Below are positions 44,150 to 54,215 of a DNA stretch of 64,000 nucleotides, in pieces; the first letter of the stretch is position 1; each line of letters opens with the position of its first letter. Where the stretch lies: assembly GCA_948288625.1 (NCBI GenBank), contig CAOHYA010000001.1:486672-550671 (forward strand). Direction: 5' to 3'. This DNA comes from an uncultured Candidatus Saccharibacteria bacterium (GTDB lineage Bacteria; Patescibacteriota; Saccharimonadia; Saccharimonadales; Saccharimonadaceae). A program made the position numbers and the translations under genes. The notes under the pieces are model-generated. The model made no database searches. It saw only the letters and a program-made list of their open reading frames with translations, and had not been told where the DNA came from.

Positions 44150-44656
44150 CTATAGGTTAGATTTTTTTTCGAGTAACTTGTCGTGGAGTTCTTTGAACTG
44201 CGCCTGCATAATATCAAGTTCAGTATCGGTCAAATCTTCAATGTCGACGAATTCGGTACGAGCGCCACGGCTGCCCTTGATAAGTTCGTTGAGCTTGAGC
44301 TGCATTGCCCGTGCATCGCGATTCTGTGTGTTCTGAATAGCGAATACCATCAAGAAAGTGACGATGGTGGTCGTAGTGTTGATAACGAGCTGCCAGGTGT
44401 CGGAGAAGTTAAACAGCGGCCCGGTCAAAACCCAGACGACAATGAGAAGTACTGCGAGCAAAAAAGCAATCGGTGAGCCAAGCTTGCTTGAAACGAGCAT
44501 TGAAATACGGTGGAACCTGTCTTTTGAAGGCTTGACGACCGGTTCGGTTTCATCTGGAACGATATGACGGACGATTTTTACGTGTGGGTGACGTGGCGTT
44601 AGTTTCTCGGTAGGAGTATTCATAGACGATAGTATAGCATATTCGGTATACCGCAA
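44150..44656 (-). CDS. Low-affinity iron permease family protein
   Basis: GSPIAFLLAVLLIVVWVLTGPLFNFSDTWQLVINTTTTIVTFLMVFAIQNTQNRD matches the family signature. Confidence 0.7.
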   Translation of the reverse strand: MRYTEYAILSSMNTPTEKLTPRHPHVKIVRHIVPDETEPVVKPSKDRFHRISMLVSSKLGSPIAFLLAVLLIVVWVLTGPLFNFSDTWQLVINTTTTIVTFLMVFAIQNTQNRDARAMQLKLNELIKGSRGARTEFVDIEDLTDTELDIMQAQFKELHDKLLEKKSNL

Positions 44657-44707
44657 GGATCATCTAATACCAGGGGTTCGAACCAATAAAAGCGTATACT
44701 AATAATA

Positions 44708-44911
44708 ATGAAACATCCTCACCGCTCCCCTGCCAACCCTCTTCAGCCAAACCCTGCTGAATATTGCTTCGCGGGTAATAAAAAGAAACGTAAATACAGT
44801 ACTGAGCTTGACGCAGAGCTCAATTCGCCGGCAAGAAGCCTTCAGCAGTATGTGTGTGAATACTGCGGATTTTGGCACAATGGCAAAAGCAGTCTACCGA
44901 GAAAAGATTAA
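44708..44911 (+). CDS. Hypothetical small Cys-containing protein (67 aa)
   Basis: ATG lies exactly 7 nt after TATACT (44695-44700), the same leaderless layout as other genes here. It has a CEYCGFWH motif. I recognise no family. Confidence 0.4.
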   Translation: MKHPHRSPANPLQPNPAEYCFAGNKKKRKYSTELDAELNSPARSLQQYVCEYCGFWHNGKSSLPRKD

Positions 44912-45834
44912 TTACTTTTATGAGCGCGCACGGCTCGCTTGAACTTTTTGTCGGCGACCGGATCGGCATACCGAGCGATCGGTTCGTATACGAAAACGCG
45001 ATTCATCTTATTACGTACCGTTGAGTCTATTTCCTTGATAGCATTGACGAAAAAGTTCTCAATCAACCACTCTCGGCCCGGAGCAGTTTGACCAGTTATG
45101 GTAATTCGCCACAATGAATTACCCCATTCTTCTGGTTTTCCGATCTGCAGTGGCTTCGCGAGCATAGTCGACCCTACCGGAACGGCATTCTTTAATTCCT
45201 TCAAAGTCTTGAGACCCTTTTCCTTGTCTCGGACGAATACGTCGACGGCAAGCGTACGAACACCGCGCGGCGTTACGTGCGCCGCTTGTATTTGCTGGTT
45301 GTGTACCCAAACAATTTCACCACTCAGGCTTCGCAATTTAGTCGAACGTAAGGTCAGGCGCTCAACGACACCTGACACGTCGATGAATGGTTCGATTTTA
45401 ACGAAATCACCGACATTGAACCATTGTTCGATTATCATGATGGCACCCGCGGTGATATCACGTAGAATCATTCCTAAGGTCTGACCAGCGAACACGATGA
45501 AGAACGCACTGGCACCAATTGCCGCCGCACCACTGCTGGCCATCGGGCTAATCATGCGCCAGACGACATAGGCCACTACCGCTACGACAGTTGCTCGAAT
45601 AATCGCGATCGTCACGCTGAGATATGTTTCAACTTGCCGTAATCGAATGAAACGATCCTCGTTCGACTCATTATCGGAACGTACCGACACGGCTTGGGCT
45701 ATCTTCACGATCCCAGCGGCTAAAAACTTACTGAGAAAGTAAGTGATGATAATTGAGCCTATCAAAATAAGTACCGAACGATAAGCGTTCGGTTCTAAGA
45801 AAAAGGTAGTGATGTCATTTAACACTTGATCCAT
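44908..45834 (-). CDS. Mechanosensitive ion channel (MscS family)
   Basis: Three TM segments and then an MscS beta-domain (GDFVKIEPFIDVSGVVERLTLRSTKLRSLSGEIVWVHN). Confidence 0.8.
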   Translation of the reverse strand: MDQVLNDITTFFLEPNAYRSVLILIGSIIITYFLSKFLAAGIVKIAQAVSVRSDNESNEDRFIRLRQVETYLSVTIAIIRATVVAVVAYVVWRMISPMASSGAAAIGASAFFIVFAGQTLGMILRDITAGAIMIIEQWFNVGDFVKIEPFIDVSGVVERLTLRSTKLRSLSGEIVWVHNQQIQAAHVTPRGVRTLAVDVFVRDKEKGLKTLKELKNAVPVGSTMLAKPLQIGKPEEWGNSLWRITITGQTAPGREWLIENFFVNAIKEIDSTVRNKMNRVFVYEPIARYADPVADKKFKRAVRAHKSN

Positions 45835-45893
45835 TACTTTCTATAAGTATAGCAGTTTCAAGGGGTCATTGAAAGGAATGAGGGCTTTGAATG

Positions 45894-46532
45894 CTACGTT
45901 TTTGCAATCATGCCCTTCAGCTCTTCAGCGTTGACATGAGCACCAAATACAGGGCTGCCAGGCTGAAGTTTTTTTCCATCGTGTAACGAACCAATGTATA
46001 CTGGATCAAAGCCGAACTTGTCGACTATCTCTGTCACGACTTCGATATCCGAAGGGTTGTCACCGGCAATAGCGACAGCCTTTCGACCAGGTGTACCGGC
46101 TGGTCGTGTTTCGTCATATAAATCGTGATAGCCGATATGATTGAACGCTTTAACGACGCGTGATTCTTTCAAGAAGCTTTGCACGCTTTCGCTGGTAGAT
46201 ATCGAGGAGTCAGTCAGGTCAGGTCGTTCGCCATCTACTTCCCACCAGTAATTCATGGCATCAATGGCTATCTTGCCGCTCAATGAGTTTTTCGGGAGCT
46301 CTTTATACGTGCCCAAAGGAATTGCGAGTATAACGACATCGGCTTTTCGAACAACTTCTTCGCTACTCAATGCGACTGCACCGGGCACTAAGACCGAGAT
46401 GGTCAGAGCAATCTTTCTTGCATCTCCCGATCCGGCTATGTATACCTCATACCCAGCTTTCAATGCTAATTGCGCCAAAACTATACCTACCTTGCCGGCA
46501 CCGATTATGCCGATGCTTTTTGGACGCAGCAC
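45894..46532 (-). CDS. NADP oxidoreductase, coenzyme F420-dependent family (NpdG/ProC-like Rossmann)
   Basis: IGIIGAGKVGIVLA Rossmann start and about 210 aa. It abuts the upstream LLM gene with no intergenic gap: the LLM stop is at 46533 and this gene starts at 46532. Confidence 0.6.
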   Translation of the reverse strand: MLRPKSIGIIGAGKVGIVLAQLALKAGYEVYIAGSGDARKIALTISVLVPGAVALSSEEVVRKADVVILAIPLGTYKELPKNSLSGKIAIDAMNYWWEVDGERPDLTDSSISTSESVQSFLKESRVVKAFNHIGYHDLYDETRPAGTPGRKAVAIAGDNPSDIEVVTEIVDKFGFDPVYIGSLHDGKKLQPGSPVFGAHVNAEELKGMIAKT

Positions 46533-47594
46533 TTACTTGCCGTCCTCAGCTAAAATTTCCCGAACCCGAGGAATGACCTTTTCACCATATAGCTGGATCA
46601 TCTTAAGCCGCGCGCTGGCCGGCATCGGGCCACCCCCGTACACCATGTCGAACCGTTCGACGCCCAATGTTTTAATCGAACGTGCAATTTTCTGCGCGAC
46701 TGTTTCGACGGAACCGATATACAGTGACCCGTGTTCGACCTCCTGTATGAAGTGGTCGCGAGTGATCGGCGCCCAGCCACGTGTTTTACCGATCCTATCA
46801 AAATTCTTTTTGTGGGCCGGCCAGGCTATCGCCCGAGCTTCTTTGTCGGTTTCGGCGATAAAGCCTGGCGAGTGCATACCTATCGGATGAACTGGTGTGC
46901 CAAATTCTTTGGCTGCTCGCTTATAGAGGTCGACATATGGTACGAATCGCTCTGGTGAGCCGCCGATAATCGCCAACATCAAAGGGAATCCGTAATGAGC
47001 GGCCCGTACGACTGATTGCGGCGACCCACCAACCCCGACCATCGTTTGGAGATGACCGGATTCGGTTTTCGGGTAAACATCCGCCTCTTCCAATGAGGCA
47101 CGGGTTGTACCCGACCAGGTGACTGGCTTTTCCTTCAATAACTGTGAGAAAAGTTCGATTTTCTCTTCGAATAATGTTTCGTAATCACTCATCTCAAAAC
47201 CAAATAACGGGAATGATTCGGTAAACGAGCCCCTTCCGAGAATGACTTGTGCGCGCCCGTTTGAAAGTGCATCTAGGGTAGCGAACCGTTCGAATACTCG
47301 TACCGGGTCATCTGAACTCAATACGGTTACACCTGAGGCCAGCTTGATATTTTTAGTTTGGGTGGCAATACCGGCCAGTACCGTTTCAGGGCTCGATATC
47401 GAAAAGTCAGGCCGGTGGTGTTCACCGAGGGCTATGACATCTATACCTAACGAATCAGCCAAAACGGCTTCTTTCACGACCTGTCGAATCGCCTCGGCGT
47501 GGGTAAATACCTTACCGTCGTCTACCGGTAAGTCTCCGAACGAATCGAGCCCGAACTGTATTTTTGCTATATCTTTGTCAGTCATACGTATCAC
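46533..47594 (-). CDS. LLM-class flavin-dependent oxidoreductase (luciferase-like monooxygenase)
   Basis: LGIDVIALGEHH, KLASGVTVLSSDDPVRVFERFATLDALSNGRAQVILGRGSF. TIM-barrel LLM pattern. Confidence 0.8.
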   Translation of the reverse strand: MIRMTDKDIAKIQFGLDSFGDLPVDDGKVFTHAEAIRQVVKEAVLADSLGIDVIALGEHHRPDFSISSPETVLAGIATQTKNIKLASGVTVLSSDDPVRVFERFATLDALSNGRAQVILGRGSFTESFPLFGFEMSDYETLFEEKIELFSQLLKEKPVTWSGTTRASLEEADVYPKTESGHLQTMVGVGGSPQSVVRAAHYGFPLMLAIIGGSPERFVPYVDLYKRAAKEFGTPVHPIGMHSPGFIAETDKEARAIAWPAHKKNFDRIGKTRGWAPITRDHFIQEVEHGSLYIGSVETVAQKIARSIKTLGVERFDMVYGGGPMPASARLKMIQLYGEKVIPRVREILAEDGK

Positions 47595-47636
47595 TTTGCT
47601 ATATTTTTTATAGTAATTTACTTAAAGTATAACAAA

Positions 47637-48167
47637 TTATAATTGAATCCGTATAGGTTCAACCGGTAATTCAGATAGTATGCGCTTTAGGCGTGTTTCA
47701 AGTCGTTCGATCCGTTGCTCGTTCGTAAGGTCTTCTCGCAATTGAGCACGAGACGTATGTGCCGCTAGTGTTTTGGTGCGAACGTGCATGCTGCACTTTA
47801 AGTCGGCGCAACATAAGTAACTGACGTTGGTGGTGCGGCTTTTCGTAAAACTGATACTTCCAGCTTTATCACCGTACTGCCATGTTTGGCAAAAGTTACA
47901 TATGATCGATTGCGAACGTCCCGTTGACGAGCTCGTTATACCACTCTTGAATTCATAAGGTAGGACGTAAAGCAAATCATCCTGTGATACCAGCAATACT
48001 CCTTTGTTTCCGTTTCGATCCGATATGGCAAGTAATTCCCTATCCGCCCATTCTTCGTCTGATATACTTTCCGTGCTTGCAACAAAGCGTAACTCGCTTT
48101 TTAGGCGAGGCTTGAGGGATTGCGTTTCGATAAGGCTGCTAAATTCAGCTAAAGAAAGTTTGTTCAT
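47637..48167 (-). CDS. FBP/FusB-family EF-G-binding protein candidate
   Basis: The C-terminal four-Cys treble-clef-like pattern CNFC...(26 aa)...CCADLKC is as in the FBP_C/FusB-type zinc domain. The N-terminal part is less diagnostic. Confidence 0.45.
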   Translation of the reverse strand: MNKLSLAEFSSLIETQSLKPRLKSELRFVASTESISDEEWADRELLAISDRNGNKGVLLVSQDDLLYVLPYEFKSGITSSSTGRSQSIICNFCQTWQYGDKAGSISFTKSRTTNVSYLCCADLKCSMHVRTKTLAAHTSRAQLREDLTNEQRIERLETRLKRILSELPVEPIRIQL

Positions 48168-48196
48168 AAATCTATTATGAACTAATTACGTGTATT

Positions 48197-48553
48197 TCAG
48201 TCGTGTTTCTTGTCATTCAGCGCTAACGCAAGCGTCGTAAGAAAAATAGGCATATCTCGCGCTCCTTCTTTCCAGCTATGCAAGCCGCACAAAATCATAA
48301 CGTTAAGCCACCAGCCCGACACGATCCATTGAACCGCTTTGTTTCCATTAAACAGAATATAGGCAAGCCCAAGTAGAAAATTACCACTGCCATGTGCTTT
48401 GATGATCACTTCGGGTTCGACCGGTGATACTACAGTGAGCGGTTTCGGTATGTATCCTGTCCATTTTTTCGAATGAATAAGTTGATTGATACCAAATCCG
48501 ACCATGATGAGCCCGATTGCTACGGGAGTAAGGTGAGAGCTTGAATGAGCCAT
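48197..48553 (-). CDS. Small membrane protein (118 aa, about 4 TM)
   Basis: A hydrophobic ORF whose start codon directly abuts the stop of the upstream 41-codon ORF. Confidence 0.5.
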   Translation of the reverse strand: MAHSSSHLTPVAIGLIMVGFGINQLIHSKKWTGYIPKPLTVVSPVEPEVIIKAHGSGNFLLGLAYILFNGNKAVQWIVSGWWLNVMILCGLHSWKEGARDMPIFLTTLALALNDKKHD

Positions 48554-48679
48554 CTAAACGTCTAAATCATCTTCAGAAATTTGATCATCTGGTTCGACAA
48601 TTTCACCTGCTACTGGTAAATGCTCGTCGGCTGTCGGGTCGCTGGATACGTCAGTAAATTCTTGTTCGTCTTCTTGCAT
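48554..48679 (-). CDS. Candidate small acidic protein (41 aa)
   Basis: An AGGAGA SD lies 4 nt before the ATG. The product is MQEDEQEFTDVSSDPTADEHLPVAGEIVEPDDQISEDDLDV. The TAG stop is immediately followed by the ATG of the next gene. Confidence 0.3.
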   Translation of the reverse strand: MQEDEQEFTDVSSDPTADEHLPVAGEIVEPDDQISEDDLDV

Positions 48680-48742
48680 GATATCTCCTATTAATACGTC
48701 GATTATAGGATAGGTGAAAAATGAATACTGTAAGAATATTTA

Positions 48743-49576
48743 CTATTTATGAATACGCCACGTCGTTCGATAGAGCTTGATGAACCGCCGCGAGGCAATG
48801 ATATACAACGACGGTGAAAGACGATAAAAGGCCCAGCCTAATTTCGTGCTCATGGAAGTATGTATGACGGCTTTATTTTTGGCCGTACTTTTAATGATTC
48901 GGCTGGCAGCTTTTTGTGGCTGCTGTACCTTCGCGTGATTCTTTAAATAATTCAAGGCGCTTGATTTATTTACCCCGTCGTATAGGGCGGTGTCGTACAA
49001 AGGTGTTTCGACGACCGTAGGGCAGACTACGCTTACATTTATATTCAGCGTTTTCGCTTCGATGCGGAGCCCCAATGTCAAACCGACTACCATGTGTTTC
49101 GTAGCGCCATAAATGCTCATTACCGGTATTGGCATCAACCCGGCGGCGGAGGCGACGTTGATAATATGGCCGTGGCCGTTTTTTTGCATGATTTCATAGA
49201 TTGCCGTGGTGCCATTGATGATGGGGTGAACATTACTTTCCGTTATGGTGTACCAGTCCTCCACCGGCGTGTCGCGCATTTCACCGGCTAAAAAACTACC
49301 GGCGCTGTTGAAGAAATAATCTATAGGACCATATGCCTTATTGATATGACGTAGTACCTTTTTGACCGCTTTGGTATCGGTCATTTCGACATATTCGAAA
49401 ACTACCTCACCAGCTAAAATATTCACTAATTCTTTGCTAGCTTTTTTATTTCGATCAAGAATGATAACCGTTTTGGCAAACACTGAAAGTTGACGTACCA
49501 AATGTTCGCCCATGCCGGACGCTCCACCGGCGACGACGATTATTTTATCTTTATAGGCAGTATAAATTGAGCTCAT
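48743..49576 (-). CDS. SDR-family oxidoreductase
   Basis: VAGGASGMGEHL (TGxxxGxG-like), NSAG and YGATKH (YxxxK). I prefer the start MSSIYTAY. Confidence 0.8.
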   Translation of the reverse strand: MSSIYTAYKDKIIVVAGGASGMGEHLVRQLSVFAKTVIILDRNKKASKELVNILAGEVVFEYVEMTDTKAVKKVLRHINKAYGPIDYFFNSAGSFLAGEMRDTPVEDWYTITESNVHPIINGTTAIYEIMQKNGHGHIINVASAAGLMPIPVMSIYGATKHMVVGLTLGLRIEAKTLNINVSVVCPTVVETPLYDTALYDGVNKSSALNYLKNHAKVQQPQKAASRIIKSTAKNKAVIHTSMSTKLGWAFYRLSPSLYIIASRRFIKLYRTTWRIHK

Positions 49577-49616
49577 GTACTTATGATAACAAACATAGTT
49601 GTATATACTATTAAGA

Positions 49617-51407
49617 ATGATGATTAACAATTTTACTTCGATGAAACAGACGCTCGCCCTGTACTGGGGAGAGGTGCGTCAAAATAAAAAACTGCTTATA
49701 CCAACGCTTATTTTCATTCCGTTGGCCATATTCTTAAATACGTACGCAACCGCTTGGATTGTGTCGCATGTTATTAATGAGCTCACGACAAACTCGTATG
49801 ACACAGCGAATTTATTCCCGACCTTTATGCCATGGATCATCGCCTACATCGCTTCGACGGCTTTAGGAGAGTTGGTACTGTGGCGTGCAGTGCTGTTTTT
49901 CGGGTGGAAATTGGAAACGAAAGTTGTCTACGGGCTTAACCGCAAAAGCTTCGACACATTAGCGACGCAGTCGCTCGACTTTCATAACGCCCGTTTCGGA
50001 GGGTCGCTGGTATCGCAGGTGAACAAGTTTTCATCCTCGTTCGTCGTTCTTTCGAACATGGTGATGTTCAACTTGCTCCCGTTGTTGTTCTCATTTATAT
50101 TCACCTTCCTGATTCTTGGCCCGCAACTGCCGTTGTTCACGGTTGGTATCGCCGTCTTCGCGGTACTCTTCATGCTCATCGCGACATTGAGTTTTAGGCA
50201 AGTGCAAAAACTAACTATCGCTGAAGCTGAAACCAAAACAAAGCTCAGCGGCCAGTTGGCGGATAGCATCACGAACATTATGGCCGTCAAGGGTAACGCC
50301 CATGAAGAACTGGAACGGTCTCGTTACGATATACTTAACAAGAAATCCCTCACCGCGACCAATAACTTGATGATCGCTTCGACGAAACGGGATATTGGTT
50401 TCGGTATCGTGATCGTCGCTTTAAGCGGCTTGGCCTTTATCGTATTGGTCGGTGGCCAACAATGGTTCGCCGTCCAAATCGGTACGCTTGTATTGGCGAT
50501 TACTTACAGCACACAGATATTAGGCCAACTCTGGGGGTTCAATAATATTCTGCGGGCGACTTCACGTGCGTTCGGTGATGCCTACGAAATGACGAACATT
50601 CTCCAGGAAGCTCATTCGGTAGTGGATGTGCCGAGGGCCAAGAAACTGAAGTTGAACAAAGGTAAGATCGAATTTAAAGGCGTCGCGTTCCGTCACGCCG
50701 ATGCTTTACCGGAAGATATGCTCTTCAAGAACCTGTCGTTTACCATCAAAGCGGGTGAACAAGTGGGATTCGTCGGGCCTTCAGGTTCCGGCAAAACAAC
50801 CTTGACCCGGCTGCTACTGCGCTTTACCGACATCCAATCAGGTGAAATACTTTTCGATGGCCAAAGTATCGCAAAGGTCACGCAGCAAAGTCTGCGTAGT
50901 TCGGTAGCCTACGTTCCGCAAGAACCATTGCTCTTCCATCGCACGATTCGTGAAAATATTGCCTATGGTAAACCTAAGGCAAGCGACGATGAAATCGTCA
51001 AAGCTGCCAAACAGGCTCATGCCTGGGAGTTCATTAAGAAAATGCCACAAGGCTTAGATACGGTCGTGGGCGAACGAGGCGTCAAACTATCCGGCGGTCA
51101 ACGTCAGCGTATTGCTATCGCCCGGGCAATCATAAAGGATGCGCCTATCTTGGTGCTTGATGAAGCTACGTCGGCACTTGATAGTGAAAGCGAGACGCTC
51201 ATTCAAGACGCCTTAGCGAAGCTTATGAAAGGCCGTACGAGTATCGTCATTGCTCACCGTCTGTCTACGATTGCCAAGCTTGACCGAATTGTCGTACTCA
51301 GCGATGGTGAGATCGTCGAACAAGGTACCCATGACGAACTCGTGCAAGCGAAGGGTTCGTATTCAAAGTTATGGAAGCACCAGTCCGGTGGCTTTATCGA
51401 GGAATAA
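49617..51407 (+). CDS. ABC transporter, fused permease/ATP-binding exporter (MsbA-like)
   Basis: Six TM segments, Walker A GPSGSGKTT, signature LSGGQRQR and Walker B ILVLDEATSALD. ATG 49617 lies 7 nt after TATACT (49604-09). Confidence 0.9.
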   Translation: MMINNFTSMKQTLALYWGEVRQNKKLLIPTLIFIPLAIFLNTYATAWIVSHVINELTTNSYDTANLFPTFMPWIIAYIASTALGELVLWRAVLFFGWKLETKVVYGLNRKSFDTLATQSLDFHNARFGGSLVSQVNKFSSSFVVLSNMVMFNLLPLLFSFIFTFLILGPQLPLFTVGIAVFAVLFMLIATLSFRQVQKLTIAEAETKTKLSGQLADSITNIMAVKGNAHEELERSRYDILNKKSLTATNNLMIASTKRDIGFGIVIVALSGLAFIVLVGGQQWFAVQIGTLVLAITYSTQILGQLWGFNNILRATSRAFGDAYEMTNILQEAHSVVDVPRAKKLKLNKGKIEFKGVAFRHADALPEDMLFKNLSFTIKAGEQVGFVGPSGSGKTTLTRLLLRFTDIQSGEILFDGQSIAKVTQQSLRSSVAYVPQEPLLFHRTIRENIAYGKPKASDDEIVKAAKQAHAWEFIKKMPQGLDTVVGERGVKLSGGQRQRIAIARAIIKDAPILVLDEATSALDSESETLIQDALAKLMKGRTSIVIAHRLSTIAKLDRIVVLSDGEIVEQGTHDELVQAKGSYSKLWKHQSGGFIEE

Positions 51408-51413
51408 AGAACA

Positions 51414-51446
51414 TAAAAAAAGAGGCATATGACTGCCTCTTTTTTA
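51414..51446. terminator. Bidirectional intrinsic terminator
   Basis: The stem agaggca/tgcctct is flanked by A7 and T6 runs between convergent genes. Confidence 0.65.
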
Positions 51447-51457
51447 TTTGATACGAA

Positions 51458-51808
51458 TTATCGAGCTGTGTCGTTTACGTCGTCAGCAGTACGTTGAGTC
51501 TTTTCCTTTACGGAATCGGCTCGGCGAGTCGCTTCGTTCTTCAAACGGGCTGCGGTACGTTTCGCGTCTCCGGTCGCATCTTTCGCGATACCTTTAACGT
51601 TTTCGATGCCATCAGCAATTTCATCTTTAACTGACGCTGCGCCATTCTTTACTTCTTTGAAACCTTCGGTGGCTTTGTCTTTGAAGTCGTTAGTCTTATC
51701 CATGATATCCTGACGTGTTTCTTTGCCGCTTTTAGGTGCTAACAGAACTCCGGCAATAAAACTACCGATTGCTACTAGAAGTACGCTACTTGCTTTTCCC
51801 ATGTTCAT
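51458..51808 (-). CDS. YtxH domain-containing protein
   Basis: N-terminal TM plus LAPKSGKETRQD, then Lys/Asp/Ala-rich helices typical of YtxH. Confidence 0.7.
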   Translation of the reverse strand: MNMGKASSVLLVAIGSFIAGVLLAPKSGKETRQDIMDKTNDFKDKATEGFKEVKNGAASVKDEIADGIENVKGIAKDATGDAKRTAARLKNEATRRADSVKEKTQRTADDVNDTAR

Positions 51809-51819
51809 TCTCCCTTTGT

Positions 51820-52047
51820 TTATCGATTCTTAAATTTACTTATAGCCTTGGCCAGTTCGCCGAATACTTTCATCGGTGAAAACCACTCGCTAATGTGTGC
51901 GACATTGGCGGTAGTTTGCTGAACATTCTTAGCTACTTTGTTTAGCTTCACAATCAGTACGATCGTCACAACAATGATTGAAATAATAACAATCGAGAGG
52001 ACTATGAGATTGATTGTAAGCAATGTAATTGCTGTAGATACGTCCAT
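51820..52047 (-). CDS. DUF948-like small membrane protein
   Basis: 75 aa with one long TM followed by a short helix. This is the usual partner upstream of ytxH in Gram-positive genomes. Confidence 0.55.
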   Translation of the reverse strand: MDVSTAITLLTINLIVLSIVIISIIVVTIVLIVKLNKVAKNVQQTTANVAHISEWFSPMKVFGELAKAISKFKNR

Positions 52048-52147
52048 CTTACCCCTTAATTTTAATGCGGTTTGTCGAGCGAAACGCTCTAGGCATACTA
52101 TATACCTTAGATTTTAATGAGACTGTAAAATATCTTACAAGTATCAA

Positions 52148-53455
52148 TTAGTTATAAATGTAAACTGCGATACTTTGTCGGGGCGTTCCACCGGTACAGG
52201 CTACCATGGCAGCGTCACAGGTGCCGCCATATTTCGTAAACGCACCAAGGAGATATACTCGTTTCAACGAAGTGTTAATTGCCATAGCTTGGATGCCGTT
52301 ATTACCACCGTCTTCGTTCGACTGGAAACCGCTGAGCTTAGGGTTCCAGTAGGATTGGATCGCTCCGTTGCTGGCTGCGAACGAGGTACCGAAGAACGGG
52401 TATGGGCAGCCGATATTATTACCATGGCTACGGTGGTAACCGGCGATATAAGTCGTACCGGCGATGCCAACAGCTTGCGCATCACCCTCGACGGCGTGGT
52501 TCCAATAACCAGAGCCGTTCGCGGCGTTAATTGATGCGACGCCGTTATTTTTTGCACCCCCGTATCCAAGAATTAAGCGCTGAGGGCTATAGCTACCGTC
52601 CCACGCAAGAGCGAGGCCTTCTTCACCATCCCAGTCACCTTTTTCACCTACGCCGCTATCGGCACGTAAGGTAGGCGTAAAAGTGGTGATTGGCTTGCCG
52701 GTTGCAGCTGTCAATTCCATCAATCCGTGACGCTTGTATCCAGCGACTGATTCGAACAGCCCGGCAACATATAGACCGGTTTGACCTGGCGAAAGCAGCA
52801 GTGCACGTACAGGGCCACCCGCTACAGTAGCGGTATAGACACTTTTTCCGGCTGTATCGACGGCACGAATATGGCCTCCCGCGTAATATACGGTTTTAGT
52901 ACCGGCCGCAATTGCCACGACCTTAGATGCTGCGCCAGGGTTCCATGAAGTCAGAGAACCGGTAGTCGCGTTGACGGCGGCGATATACTTACGCGCTACG
53001 CCGTTGAAGTTCGTAAAACCACCACCAGCGTAGACAGTGTTATCACGTTGTGAAATCGAATAGACGAATGAGTTTATATTTTTGCCGGCATAGACGACCG
53101 CACCACTTGTGCCGTCAAGAATCGCGAAGTTTTGCGCAGGGATTTTTTTACCAGATGACAATATGATATTGTCGAAGTTACCACCGATAGCGAGGTACGA
53201 TTTACTCGAAATATTGTATGCAGCACCCGCTAAAATATCTCCGTCAGTCGTGGAGTATGAAGCGATCGGAACGGACGCCACCGGCGTAGTCGACGCCTGC
53301 CTACTTGTATGTACAGGATATTTACAGGTAGTTGCCGCACTCGCTTGCGGTGCAACAGGGTTCAGGATAGCTGCAGCTGGAGCGACCAGCGACAGAGCCA
53401 TGACAGTTGATATGATGAAACGACGAACTGAGGTGAGGCTAAGAGTATATTTCAT
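52148..53455 (-). CDS. Secreted beta-propeller-like repeat protein
   Basis: A signal peptide ending AAILNPVAPQASA and repeated YAGG.F...G..R..IAAV...TG...WNP-type units. The family is not firmly recognised. Confidence 0.5.
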   Translation of the reverse strand: MKYTLSLTSVRRFIISTVMALSLVAPAAAILNPVAPQASAATTCKYPVHTSRQASTTPVASVPIASYSTTDGDILAGAAYNISSKSYLAIGGNFDNIILSSGKKIPAQNFAILDGTSGAVVYAGKNINSFVYSISQRDNTVYAGGGFTNFNGVARKYIAAVNATTGSLTSWNPGAASKVVAIAAGTKTVYYAGGHIRAVDTAGKSVYTATVAGGPVRALLLSPGQTGLYVAGLFESVAGYKRHGLMELTAATGKPITTFTPTLRADSGVGEKGDWDGEEGLALAWDGSYSPQRLILGYGGAKNNGVASINAANGSGYWNHAVEGDAQAVGIAGTTYIAGYHRSHGNNIGCPYPFFGTSFAASNGAIQSYWNPKLSGFQSNEDGGNNGIQAMAINTSLKRVYLLGAFTKYGGTCDAAMVACTGGTPRQSIAVYIYN

Positions 53456-53531
53456 ACCTTCATATTACCATATTTTGTCAAATAAGTCAATTTCAAGAAG
53501 TTTTATGAATCTATACTGTAGAATAAGCACA

Positions 53532-54215
53532 ATGCTTCAATCATTTACTTCGCGCGTTACCATTCCCCTATTACTTAGATTAGTAGCTGCTTTCGCTGTC
53601 TTTGCCGCATGCGCCGTTTTATTCGTCGCCTTAGCCGATGAAGTACTAGAAGGAGATACTTTGTGGTTTGACGAAGCCATCTTACTTCATATTTACGGTG
53701 GTGCAACGCCTTTTTGGGATCACTTTTTCTTAACCGTAACTCACTTAGGTGATTTCATCGGTATCATTGGATTTGGTGGAATACTGTTGGCACTCTTGGG
53801 TTTAAGGCATAAGTATCGAGATATGATTCTCCTAGGCTCCGGCGTGGCCGGTGCGGCACTGATCAATGTCATATTGAAGTCGATATTCGAACGTACTCGA
53901 CCGGATTTGTGGGAACAGCTGATCAACGAAGCAAGCTTTTCGTTCCCAAGTGGTCACGCCATGGCAAGCAGCGCGTTCGCTTTCAGCGTCATCGCCGTTT
54001 TTTGGTACACACGTTACCGTTACCTCGCTTTAGTTCTCGGGGTACTATTCATGTTCGTTATTGGCTTTTCACGACTATATCTTGGAGTGCATTACCCTAC
54101 CGATATTCTTGGTGGTTGGCTCGTGAGCGCCGTATGGGTCGGTTGTGTCGTTTTGATCGTACGAGGAATTAAATCAAAAAAACTTCTAAAGAATAACGTT
54201 CAAAACGACGTTTAA
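53532..54215 (+). CDS. PAP2-family phosphatase (undecaprenyl-diphosphatase/phosphatidate phosphatase type)
   Basis: The KxxxxxxRP-like FERTRPD, PSGHA and SRLYLGVHYPTD motifs. The track ORF start at 53109 is an antisense artefact over the neighbouring gene. Confidence 0.85.
   Translation: MLQSFTSRVTIPLLLRLVAAFAVFAACAVLFVALADEVLEGDTLWFDEAILLHIYGGATPFWDHFFLTVTHLGDFIGIIGFGGILLALLGLRHKYRDMILLGSGVAGAALINVILKSIFERTRPDLWEQLINEASFSFPSGHAMASSAFAFSVIAVFWYTRYRYLALVLGVLFMFVIGFSRLYLGVHYPTDILGGWLVSAVWVGCVVLIVRGIKSKKLLKNNVQNDV

Noticed and set aside
44664-44682. A tRNA-like GGTTCGAACC sequence upstream of the 67-aa ORF.
   Set aside because: No 5-bp T-stem, acceptor stem or anticodon arm can be drawn around it. 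I found no tRNA cloverleaf anywhere in the window's intergenic regions.
53109-53531. The long N-terminal extension of the PAP2 phosphatase ORF.
   Set aside because: The extension is antisense to the well-supported secreted protein gene 52148..53455. The PAP2 domain and TM helices begin after ATG 53532.
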